Shown here: in pieces, positions 29,045 to 37,636 of the stretch
Numbering within the stretch: the stretch's first letter is position 1
How the letters are laid out: every line of letters starts with the position of its first letter
NCBI GenBank assembly: GCA_041661005.1
Contig: JBAZVG010000001.1
Coordinates: 403,307 to 467,306 of the forward strand
Reading direction: 5' to 3'
Source of the DNA: Minisyncoccota bacterium
GTDB lineage: Bacteria > Patescibacteriota > Minisyncoccia > Phycocordibacterales > UBA9973
Length of the DNA: 64,000 nucleotides
Notes under the pieces: model-generated
Seen by the model: the letters and a program-made list of their open reading frames with translations, nothing else
The model's database searches: none
What the model was told of the DNA's origin: nothing
Made by a program: the position numbers and the translations under genes

Positions 29045-31207
29045 CTACTTCGCAATAGCAGTTGCTTCGTCGAATTTGACGGAGAGAAGTTTAGAGGCGC
29101 CATTTGCGCCTATTGTTACGCCATAGAGCACACCAGCACGGGACATCGTCTCGCGGTTGTGAGTAACAACGATGAGCTGAGAATGTTTGGATAATTTTTC
29201 CAACATATCGCCATATTTACGGGAATTTGATTCATCGAGAGCGGCATCCGTCTCATCGAGAACTAAAAATGGAGGCGGATTGACTTGTGACATAGCAAAA
29301 AGGAGGGCGATAGATGTGAGCGACCTCTCTCCACCGGAGAGAGCATGAAGCTCTTTGACTTTTTTATGCGGAAGTGAAACATTTATCTCTATTCCCTGTT
29401 CGAAAACAATTTCTTCCTTTGCCTCGCCGTAGCCTTCGGCGTAGGCGGGATCATCTTCCAATTCTTCCGGAACATTCTTTCTCTTTTTATTTTCAACAAC
29501 TATGGCAAGAGAACCTGTGCCACCACCAAACATCAGCGAGAAAAATTCTTGAAACTCCACATTTATTTTTTTCACACCTTCTTTAAATTCTATATCAATC
29601 TTTTCTTTCAAATCTGCTATAAGTTTCTGCAAAGATTCTATACTTTTAGTCAAATCTTCCATCTCTTTAGTCAAAAATTGATCCCTTTCAGACACTTCTT
29701 TGAATTCTTTCATCACTTCCGCGCCATTACCCATGCCCGCATCTTCCAACTTTATTTTTATGCGCTCAATTTTTCTCTTCTGCTCTTCTTGAGAAATTCC
29801 TGAATCAATTTCCGCCTCTTCAGCGGATCGCTGAAAAGACGATTTGTAAGATAAAATCTCTGATCCGATAAGCGCGACACCCTCTTTGATTTCATTGTCA
29901 AAGGCTTCAATTCTACTCTTCAAGTTTACTTCTTTAATACGCACAAATTCCAAAGCTGAGGATAATTCCTGATGTTTTACTTTGAAACTAAACTTCTCAC
30001 GTTCCAAATCACGCAAAGCTTCCATCTCCTCATTCAAGGCTTCTTTTAATTGCCTGATCTGGCTAGCAAGCTCTTTTTCTTTATTTTCCATTTCTCTCAT
30101 CTGTGCCAAAATGCCGGTCTGAGAATTTTTTAATTCAGACAATTCTTTCTCACCACTTTCCCTGTTTTCTAATTGCTCTTTGCTTATTTCCCCCAGTTCT
30201 CTGCCACATGTCGGACATCTGCCTGAAACCTTGGCTCTATTCTCTTTTGCTTCTATCATTCCCTCGATTCTGCCGAGTTTTCGCTCCATTTCACTTTTCA
30301 ATCCACGAATTTCATTCATCTGCCTCTCGATAATCTCCAATTCTTCTATTTTTGGATTTTCTTTGGCAGTATCAGCCCCTTCTGTGCTAGAAATTTTTGC
30401 GCTGATATTTTTAAGCTCGCTTGAAATTTCCCGATGCTCGACTGATAAATCGTTTTTTTCTTTTTCCAGATAAATACTTTCTTTTTTGAGATATTCTCTA
30501 TATAAAGTTGCCAACTCCCTCTGCATTTCTTTGGCTTTCTCAAATTTCTCAACCTGTTTCTTTAAAAAATTTAAATGAGGAGCATTCTCCCTGCGCAACA
30601 TGACAACCTCTTTCATGTTATTTTCTGTTTTTTCTAATTTCCTGACGGATTCTTTTATTTTATATTGAAAAATTTTGAGCCCCAATGCGTCTTCCACCAT
30701 TTCTTTTCGATCTTTTGGACTTGCATTTAAAATCCTGTCAGCTTCACCTTGGGAAATAATATGGTGCCCGCTTGAACCAATATTCACTGACGCCAAAAGA
30801 TTATGAATATCTCTCAAACGCACTTCTGTGCCATTCAAGATATATTTATTCAACCCATCTGAAAAAACTTCGCGAGAAATACTGATTGTTTCATAATTTA
30901 AATTTATGTTTTCTCCCCCATCGTTTTCAAGCTTGAAAACTTTATCCGAATTGTTGAAATATATAGTGACAGTAGCGCGCGACCCCTTGGGAAGATTCTT
31001 TGACCCTTTGAAAATCAAATCAGAACCGGATTTCCCGCGCATTGATTTCATTGACTGTTCGCCTAAAACATAGCGAATAGCTTCTACCACATTTGACTTG
31101 CCAGAGCCATTCGGACCCACTACGCAAACAACGGGATTTTCAAATTCCAAAGTTGTTTTTTGGGAAAAAGACTTAAAGCCATTTAGTTCTAATGTTTTTA
31201 GTCGCAT
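29045..31207 (-). CDS. smc: SMC-family chromosome segregation ATPase, short form with CxxC zinc hook
   Basis: SMC head (LNGFKSF, GPNGSGKSN, LSGGERSL, LVLDETDAALDE). Roughly 400-aa coiled coil with CPTCGREL at its midpoint. Conserved rnc-smc neighbourhood. Confidence 0.7.
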   Translation of the reverse strand: MRLKTLELNGFKSFSQKTTLEFENPVVCVVGPNGSGKSNVVEAIRYVLGEQSMKSMRGKSGSDLIFKGSKNLPKGSRATVTIYFNNSDKVFKLENDGGENINLNYETISISREVFSDGLNKYILNGTEVRLRDIHNLLASVNIGSSGHHIISQGEADRILNASPKDRKEMVEDALGLKIFQYKIKESVRKLEKTENNMKEVVMLRRENAPHLNFLKKQVEKFEKAKEMQRELATLYREYLKKESIYLEKEKNDLSVEHREISSELKNISAKISSTEGADTAKENPKIEELEIIERQMNEIRGLKSEMERKLGRIEGMIEAKENRAKVSGRCPTCGRELGEISKEQLENRESGEKELSELKNSQTGILAQMREMENKEKELASQIRQLKEALNEEMEALRDLEREKFSFKVKHQELSSALEFVRIKEVNLKSRIEAFDNEIKEGVALIGSEILSYKSSFQRSAEEAEIDSGISQEEQKRKIERIKIKLEDAGMGNGAEVMKEFKEVSERDQFLTKEMEDLTKSIESLQKLIADLKEKIDIEFKEGVKKINVEFQEFFSLMFGGGTGSLAIVVENKKRKNVPEELEDDPAYAEGYGEAKEEIVFEQGIEINVSLPHKKVKELHALSGGERSLTSIALLFAMSQVNPPPFLVLDETDAALDESNSRKYGDMLEKLSKHSQLIVVTHNRETMSRAGVLYGVTIGANGASKLLSVKFDEATAIAK

Positions 31208-31226
31208 GATATGCCTTGTTTGTATT

Positions 31227-31937
31227 TTAATCCAACCAATTTTTTGCTTTTAATGCCGCTTCAGCCGCTTTTTGTTCCGCTTCCTGTTTGCTTTTACCTT
31301 TACCCTCGGCTATCAAATCATCTCTGAAAAAAATACCAACAGTAAAATGCTTGTCGTGGTCAGGACCTGATTCATGTAGCACTTTATATGCAGGCGTAAC
31401 ATTCACAAACTCCTGCGCTTTTTCCTGCACGAGAGATTTCGCATCGCGCCAAAGTTTTTTCGATACTATTTCTTCAGTCTTAGGCAGAAGATATTTTTGC
31501 AAAAACTTATCCACCACTTCTATCCCCTGATCCAAATACATGGCTCCAATATACGCCTCATAAGTATTGGCTAAAATATATTGCCTTGCCTTACCATTAT
31601 CTTTTGCTTCGCCTTTGGATAAAAGAAGATATTCGTTCATGCCGATACCTGTCGCAACTTCAGAAATAATAATAGCATTAACTAAAGCTGAACGCAGAGA
31701 AGTCAGTTCCCCTTCTGTATAATTAGGATATTTTTTATAAAGAAAATCAGTGACGATCAGCTCCAACACGGCATCACCTAAAAATTCCAGCCTCTCATTG
31801 TGCGACAGTTTTGTCCCCGGATTTTCATTTATATAAGAACGATGTATAAAAGCCTGCTGAAGCAAACCCTTATCTTTGAAAGTTACTTTGGTTTTTTTTT
31901 CGAAGTTTGAAAAGTTAATCATAGAATTATTTCCCAT
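31227..31937 (-). CDS. rnc: Ribonuclease III
   Basis: NERLEFLGDAVLELIV signature and a C-terminal dsRBD (KQEAEQKAAEAALKA). Confidence 0.85.
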   Translation of the reverse strand: MGNNSMINFSNFEKKTKVTFKDKGLLQQAFIHRSYINENPGTKLSHNERLEFLGDAVLELIVTDFLYKKYPNYTEGELTSLRSALVNAIIISEVATGIGMNEYLLLSKGEAKDNGKARQYILANTYEAYIGAMYLDQGIEVVDKFLQKYLLPKTEEIVSKKLWRDAKSLVQEKAQEFVNVTPAYKVLHESGPDHDKHFTVGIFFRDDLIAEGKGKSKQEAEQKAAEAALKAKNWLD

Positions 31938-32925
31938 CTACGCGGGTAGGTTTAGTTATAATCTCAACTGCCTTGGCGATAAGCGGAATGATGTCATTAT
32001 AAATACGAAGTCCTGGCACCTCGGACATTTCAAACCATCTAGCTCCATCGAGCCCGCCGGATTTCTCCAGAACAAGCTCTTTATATTCGCTAGATGCTAA
32101 AAAGTAAACAACTTTTTTGAGACTCTTACCCTTTTCCGGGTGTGTCGCAACATATTCATTGGTGCCAAGTTTTTCTTCTATCACAACATCAAGCCCTATT
32201 TCTTTCTTGATGGCTTTCAATGCGCCTTCTTGTATATCTCCACCTGCTTCAATTTTTCCTTTTGAAAGAGTCCAGTAGCCAAAAACATCATGCACGAAGG
32301 CAAACAAAATATTTTCATTTCCTTTGAGGTTGGCGGGCTTTTTTGTATACACCAATGCGCCCCCTAAATTTTCAACCGGCAATTCATTGATATCTTCTGG
32401 TCCTTTTGTATCTTTTGATGAAACATCATTTCTTTTTTTATCAAATTTTTTTTGATGTTCTTTTTCCGGCTCACCGATCTCCTTATAGACAGTTCCGAGC
32501 ACTCCATTTACAAACTTTCCAGAGTTTTCGCCACCAAAAGTTTTCGCCAATTCTATGGCTTCATTGATTGCCACTTTCGGTGGCACTTGCATTCTATTAC
32601 CAAATAAAAGTTCAGCCAATCCAATTCGAAGAATGTTTCTGTCAACAATAGAGATTTTGCTTATTGGCCAATCCGGCGCAGCTTTTTCTATGATTTCATC
32701 AACCACGATGCGCCTTTTTAACACTTCTTCTAAAAGTAAAAAAACAAAATCATTATCTTCAAGCCCGGGAGCAAATTCTTTTAAATTCCTGCTTAGAATA
32801 TTTCTTATTTCTTTTTCATCAATAGGTTTGTCTGTATCGCGTTGCATCGCTTTGCGAGCCGACAAGAAATCCCACTCGAAAAGCGTCTGGAGTACTATTG
32901 ATCTTGAAAGGTGCCTATTTGCCAT
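31927..32925 (-). CDS. nusB: NusB-like N-terminal domain fused to a NUDIX-like C-terminal domain
   Basis: N-terminus MANRHLSRSIVLQTLFEWDF...AINEAIELAKTFGGENSGKFVNGVLG (NusB). C-terminus contains a degenerate Nudix box GDIQEGALKAIKKEIGL. Overlaps rnc by 11 nt. Confidence 0.55.
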   Translation of the reverse strand: MANRHLSRSIVLQTLFEWDFLSARKAMQRDTDKPIDEKEIRNILSRNLKEFAPGLEDNDFVFLLLEEVLKRRIVVDEIIEKAAPDWPISKISIVDRNILRIGLAELLFGNRMQVPPKVAINEAIELAKTFGGENSGKFVNGVLGTVYKEIGEPEKEHQKKFDKKRNDVSSKDTKGPEDINELPVENLGGALVYTKKPANLKGNENILFAFVHDVFGYWTLSKGKIEAGGDIQEGALKAIKKEIGLDVVIEEKLGTNEYVATHPEKGKSLKKVVYFLASSEYKELVLEKSGGLDGARWFEMSEVPGLRIYNDIIPLIAKAVEIITKPTRVDGK

Positions 32926-33037
32926 ACATTAGTTCAAAGTTGTAAAGTTCATAAAGTTAAAAGAAAATTTCAAGAAAAATTCAGACTTCCCTACTTTACA
33001 AACTTTCAAATTTCTTTTTGCTTTCTACTTTAATAAA

Positions 33038-33268
33038 CTAACTCTTCACTTCTGCTTTCTTAGCTTTTTCTTTCTTTTGCTTTTTCTCTGTTTTTTTAAC
33101 TAAATCTAAAACCTTTTTCCCACGATAAAACCCGCACGCAGAACACACTGTGTGACGTCTTTTCAAAGCTTTGCAATTTTCGCACTTAGAAAAACTCGTG
33201 CTCGAAAGTGCGTGGTGAGAACGCCTATTTCCCGTATGTGATCTTGTGCTTCGCATTCGTACTACCAT
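33038..33268 (-). CDS. rpmF: 50S ribosomal protein L32
   Basis: MVVRMRSTRSHTGNRRSHHAL...CENCKALKRRHTVCSACGFY, with a Lys-rich C-terminal extension. Confidence 0.8.
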   Translation of the reverse strand: MVVRMRSTRSHTGNRRSHHALSSTSFSKCENCKALKRRHTVCSACGFYRGKKVLDLVKKTEKKQKKEKAKKAEVKS

Positions 33269-33352
33269 AATGGGCTTATACTAACATATTATGGATGAAA
33301 AGCAATTATTGCAGAATTTTAGAATAAAAAATAATGTGCTATGATATGAACT

Positions 33353-35110
33353 ATGGAGAAAATAGACAAATCGGACAACATGAGGCATACTCTGGCTCAC
33401 CTACTAGCCGCATCAGTGGGAGAAATCTACAAGTTCGATAAAATCAAACTAACTCTCGGACCAGCTATAGAAAATGGCTTTTATTATGATATTGATTTTG
33501 GCGATGAGAAGATCACTGACGCAAATCTAAAGAAAATAGAAGATGTGATGCGCAAGAAATTGCCAAAATGGACGGAATGGAAACATAAAGAACTAACAAA
33601 AGAAGAAGCTTTAAATTTCTTCAAAAATGAATACAAAGCGGAATTGATAAATGAAATTGCAGAACGCGGAGAAAAAATAACTACATATACTTGCGGAGGG
33701 TTTACGGATTTGTGTCGTGGTGGACATTTAAAAAATCCAGCAAAAGAAATCGACCCAGAATCTTTCAAACTCGACCGCATTGCCGGAGCTTATTGGCGCG
33801 GAGATGAAAAAAACAAAATGCTCACACGCATTTATGGATTAGCTTTTGAAACAAAAGAAGAACTGGGGACGTATATAGCACAACGAACAGAAGCAGAAAA
33901 AAGAGACCACAAGAAATTAGGCAAGGAGTTAGATTTATTTGTTATTGATGAAAAAGTCGGCAAAGGATTACCAATGTGGACACCAAAGGGTACTGCAATC
34001 AAATTTGAACTTCAAAAATTTACTCGTGAACTCGAACAAAAATATGGATATCAGCACGTAGAAACACCTTATTTAGGAGGAGAAGAACTTTATCGTACTT
34101 CTGGACACCTAGATCATTATTCAAAAAACATGTACGCACCTATCGATATGGATGGTAATAAATTTTATCTGAGACCCATGGCATGCCCTCATCATATTCG
34201 AATGTACCAACGTCGTCCTTGGAGTTACAAAGAATTACCTATACGCTATGCTGAAATAGCCGACTATAATAGATATGAAAAATCAGGTGAATTGATGGGT
34301 ATGATGCGCGTACGTAAATTTCAATTAACTGATGGTCATCTTTTTGTAACACCAGAAGGACTTAAAGAAGAATTTAAACTTGTGTGTAATATGATTGTGG
34401 AAGGAATGAAAGGATTGGGTTTTATAGATATCGTATCGTACAGATTTTCAAAACGTGATCCAAAAAACAAAGAAAAATATTATCCAGACGATAATTTATG
34501 GAATCAAGCCGAGAATCTTATGAAAGAAGCACTTGATGAACTGAAGTTAAACTATGTCGAGGCGGAAGATGAGGCAGCTTTTTATGGTCCCAAACTTGAT
34601 GTCCAAGCAAAAAATGTTAATGGAAAAGAAGATACATTATTCACTGCACAGATGGATTTTTTATTGCCTGAAAAATTTGAAATCGAGTATATTGACCGAG
34701 ACGGCAAAAAGAAACGCCCAGTTATGATTCATCGTTCAACCATAGGTAGTCTTGAGCGTGTTTTCGGATTTCTTATTGAACATTATGCCGGCGCGTTCCC
34801 TCTCTGGCTCGCACCTGTGCAAGTAAAAGTCATACCCGTGCGGGAAAATCATAACGAATACGCAAAAAAAATTGCTGAAATGCTAAAAGAAAATAATATC
34901 CGCGTAGAGTTTGATGATAAAGATGAAAATCTCGGCACAAAAGTTCGCGACGCTAAAAATAACAAAATCCCCTACTGGATAGTCATTGGCGATAAAGAGA
35001 TAGAAGCGAAAAAAGTGACCTTAGAATCCCGCGACAAAGGCCAGCTAGGTCAGATGTCAAAAGAAGAACTAGTCTCAAAGTTTTTGGAAGAAATACAAAA
35101 TAAGAAATAA
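33353..35110 (+). CDS. thrS: Threonyl-tRNA synthetase (lacks N-terminal TGS domain)
   Basis: Starts in the N2/editing domain (HTLAHLLAASV...IENGFYYD). DHKKLGKELDLF motif, class II core and a C-terminal anticodon-binding domain. Confidence 0.85.
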   Translation: MEKIDKSDNMRHTLAHLLAASVGEIYKFDKIKLTLGPAIENGFYYDIDFGDEKITDANLKKIEDVMRKKLPKWTEWKHKELTKEEALNFFKNEYKAELINEIAERGEKITTYTCGGFTDLCRGGHLKNPAKEIDPESFKLDRIAGAYWRGDEKNKMLTRIYGLAFETKEELGTYIAQRTEAEKRDHKKLGKELDLFVIDEKVGKGLPMWTPKGTAIKFELQKFTRELEQKYGYQHVETPYLGGEELYRTSGHLDHYSKNMYAPIDMDGNKFYLRPMACPHHIRMYQRRPWSYKELPIRYAEIADYNRYEKSGELMGMMRVRKFQLTDGHLFVTPEGLKEEFKLVCNMIVEGMKGLGFIDIVSYRFSKRDPKNKEKYYPDDNLWNQAENLMKEALDELKLNYVEAEDEAAFYGPKLDVQAKNVNGKEDTLFTAQMDFLLPEKFEIEYIDRDGKKKRPVMIHRSTIGSLERVFGFLIEHYAGAFPLWLAPVQVKVIPVRENHNEYAKKIAEMLKENNIRVEFDDKDENLGTKVRDAKNNKIPYWIVIGDKEIEAKKVTLESRDKGQLGQMSKEELVSKFLEEIQNKK

Positions 35111-35112
35111 AT

Positions 35113-36003
35113 ATGGGAATCGAATTTGAAAATCAAAAACAAGAAGCGAGTCAATTTGTCAATCAAAAAGTAATAGATAAAGCGTATGAGAAAGCTCTGA
35201 AGGTGCTTTCTCAACCGATTGATCCAGAAGACTTCAAGGATATTTATCGAGACGTTGAAAAAGACATTGCTTTTGTTGAAAGAATGGAAAGAAAATTTGC
35301 TGAAGAAGCTGCTGGGGGGTCACTCGAAAAGCAAAATCGTATGAAAATCGCAAAAATATTTGAGGCGATTATTTTTCAACATGCTGAACAGAGTAATTGG
35401 TTTGGTGACACTGCGACAACAATAGAAGCCTCTCGTTTTGACGACATAGTTAATAAAGTTGACACAATAGTCGAATTTGGGGAAAGTGAATCACGAGCTA
35501 CCCACCTGGCACTTGCTATGGACGTGACGACAGCTAGTCGCTTTAGTGAGAAGTTCGAGCATATCAAAAAAAGTATTGAGCGAGGTGAGCTTACTAAGGT
35601 AAAATATTTCATTTCAGAGATTTTAGATATTCGCGGGGAAAAATCAAACATTCCACACGTTGTAATTGGTGTCGACCGGAAGACTACATTTGATGTCATA
35701 GAAGCATGGAATCGTGGTGATAATAAAAAACTAGCGAACCATCCAGTTCAAATAAAAATTCTCGCTGAAATACAAATTCAACTCAAAGCATTCAAGCAAT
35801 ATGCTGAAAAACTTGGCAAAGATGACGTTGTACGGGTATACGAAAAAACTCTCCGTATAATAGAATCAATCATGTCTGTAAAAGAAATCGACGAAAAAGA
35901 TTTAGCTGAAGCTGAAAAAGATGAATATTTTTCTGCTATAAAACAAAACGCTGAAGATATTGCCATGGGCATAACACCTTCAGGTATGACCGCTATTGAT
36001 TAA
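35113..36003 (+). CDS. Hypothetical protein
   Basis: 296-aa ORF 3 nt after thrS. No family recognised. Confidence 0.35.
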   Translation: MGIEFENQKQEASQFVNQKVIDKAYEKALKVLSQPIDPEDFKDIYRDVEKDIAFVERMERKFAEEAAGGSLEKQNRMKIAKIFEAIIFQHAEQSNWFGDTATTIEASRFDDIVNKVDTIVEFGESESRATHLALAMDVTTASRFSEKFEHIKKSIERGELTKVKYFISEILDIRGEKSNIPHVVIGVDRKTTFDVIEAWNRGDNKKLANHPVQIKILAEIQIQLKAFKQYAEKLGKDDVVRVYEKTLRIIESIMSVKEIDEKDLAEAEKDEYFSAIKQNAEDIAMGITPSGMTAID

Positions 36004-36060
36004 AAAATCGATAAATAACTTACCCTTTATCTTTCTTTAATGTTTTAATAAAATTTTTTT

Positions 36061-36597
36061 ATGGATGAAAAAAAATTATTGGAAGCAACCTTGGGCTTTT
36101 TAGTAAGGGACGGGAAGGTATGGCTCGCAATAAAAACAAGAAATATTGGCAGAGACCATTGGAATGGTTACGGAGGTGGTGTAGAGCCAGAAGACAAAAA
36201 TCTAATAGAATGTCTAAAAAGAGAAACACAAGAAGAATGTAAAGTTGAAATTAAGGGAGAAACAGCAGAAAAGGTGGCTGTTATAGATTTTCACAACACA
36301 AAAAGTGATGGAGAAATTTTTGTATGCAAAGTTCACATCTTTTTAGTTAAAGATTGGGAGGGGGTTCCACAAGAAAGCGAAGAAATGGCAACTCCTACAA
36401 ATTTTAAAATAGATAATTTACCATTTGAGCAAATGATGCCGGCAGATAAAGAATGGTTGCCCTTGGTCCTTGAGGGTAAAAAACTAATTGCAGAATATTA
36501 TTACGGCCCCTTTCAAAAAGAACTTATTAAAGAAAGAAAAATAGAACAAATCGAAAAATTCCCAGAAGAACACTCAGGGGAATTCAGAATGCACTGA
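36061..36597 (+). CDS. NUDIX hydrolase
   Basis: Nudix box GGGVEPEDKNLIECLKRETQEECKV. Confidence 0.65.
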   Translation: MDEKKLLEATLGFLVRDGKVWLAIKTRNIGRDHWNGYGGGVEPEDKNLIECLKRETQEECKVEIKGETAEKVAVIDFHNTKSDGEIFVCKVHIFLVKDWEGVPQESEEMATPTNFKIDNLPFEQMMPADKEWLPLVLEGKKLIAEYYYGPFQKELIKERKIEQIEKFPEEHSGEFRMH

Positions 36598-36630
36598 AAA
36601 ATTAGTTATTCAAACTTAATAAACATTTAA

Positions 36631-36664
36631 TTTACTAGATTGACGACCGTTAGTTTGGTAAACA
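36631..36664. promoter_or_regulatory. Imperfect palindrome GTTTAC-N22-GTAAAC, 3' of PaaX-like paralog 3
   Basis: TTTACTAGATTGACGACCGTTAGTTTGGTAAACA is about 23/28 identical to the 5' site at 37259..37290. It lies between convergent genes. Confidence 0.5.
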
Positions 36665-36677
36665 ATCAGCTAATAAT

Positions 36678-37250
36678 CTAAGTTATTTTCTTTAAACTGC
36701 CCGTCTTGCTAATTTCAAAAATTTCCACAAATTCAAGAATTTTTAAGTTTTCCAAATCTTCAATAAAATCTTTCGGAACTTTCCCTTTCCCCATCCAAAC
36801 ACTTTGATGAATCATTCGAAATCCAAAATTTCTAATGACCTCTCTCAGCCAATTGCGCTTTCGACGCAATCTCTCGGGTATATCAAAACTTATTATTACA
36901 GAATTACCCTTATGATTCCGTTCATAAAACCTTCCGGGTAAATTATTTCTAAGTTTATTAAGTTTATCTATTCCCTTACCAGAAATCTTGAATTTATTAT
37001 TCTCTGTTTCAATAAGACCATCATGTTTCATTTTTGATATGAATATTGTCAATCTCCTTCTACTGTTCTGAAGAGCTTCTATTTTTTCTTTCCCGTCTTC
37101 AGAAATTCTTCTGCGCTTATTATACTCATAATTTATTCTACTAGAACTTGCTCCATAACCAGCAGCCAAAACTGCACCAAAGAAATAAACTTGATTCATT
37201 GCTCCTTGACATAGGAATTCTAAAGCTTTTAGTAAAATTTTTCCTCTCAT
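36678..37250 (-). CDS. PaaX-like transcriptional regulator, short form (paralog 3)
   Basis: GNSVIISFDIPERLRRKRNWLREVIRNFGFRMIHQSVWMGKG middle-domain block. A winged helix precedes it, and there is an N-terminal hydrophobic segment. Confidence 0.5.
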   Translation of the reverse strand: MRGKILLKALEFLCQGAMNQVYFFGAVLAAGYGASSSRINYEYNKRRRISEDGKEKIEALQNSRRRLTIFISKMKHDGLIETENNKFKISGKGIDKLNKLRNNLPGRFYERNHKGNSVIISFDIPERLRRKRNWLREVIRNFGFRMIHQSVWMGKGKVPKDFIEDLENLKILEFVEIFEISKTGSLKKIT

Positions 37251-37258
37251 AACTTTAA

Positions 37259-37290
37259 GTTTACTACATTGACAGTCGTTAGTATAGTAA
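37259..37290. promoter_or_regulatory. Imperfect palindrome TTTACTACATTGACAGTCGTTAGTATAGTAA, 5' of paralog 3
   Basis: Starts 9 nt upstream of the start codon. Cognate copy at 36631..36664. Confidence 0.5.
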
Positions 37291-37321
37291 GGAGTTTTTG
37301 GAAGAAATAAGAAATAAGAAA

Positions 37322-37636
37322 CTATTTTATTTTCGTATCGTAAAATTTATACATAACTAAAGCCCCGTAAGGAATTATTAGAAAAAACAAAAATTCTTCA
37401 ATCGGTAGACCTAAAATTCTTATACCAACAAGGCCATCGCCTGGAAAAATCCAATGTTGTCGATATACAGCAAAATAATCCCAAAACATTCCAAATAAAA
37501 AAATATTTAGTGTAACATATAATCTTTCCTTCCTGGAATGGTATAGATGGATGTGATACTTATATTCAATAAATATCGTTACTATAAGTACAACCACTAA
37601 AATTGTTAGATATTCTGGCATACTTTTAGATATCAA
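37322..37636 (-). CDS. Small hypothetical membrane protein
   Basis: Three hydrophobic helices. Overlaps the gyrB end by 11 nt. Confidence 0.3.
   Translation of the reverse strand: MISKSMPEYLTILVVVLIVTIFIEYKYHIHLYHSRKERLYVTLNIFLFGMFWDYFAVYRQHWIFPGDGLVGIRILGLPIEEFLFFLIIPYGALVMYKFYDTKIK

Noticed and set aside
8805-37250. Cas2-like reading of the PaaX-like middle domain, plus paired flanking repeats, as a CRISPR-related feature
   Set aside because: The motif pattern (hydrophobic-x-FDIP ... SVW) superficially resembles Cas2. However the better match is the PaaX middle domain (WDGKW block). There is no repeat-spacer array and there are no other cas genes. The flanking repeats are gene-specific palindromes present only twice each.
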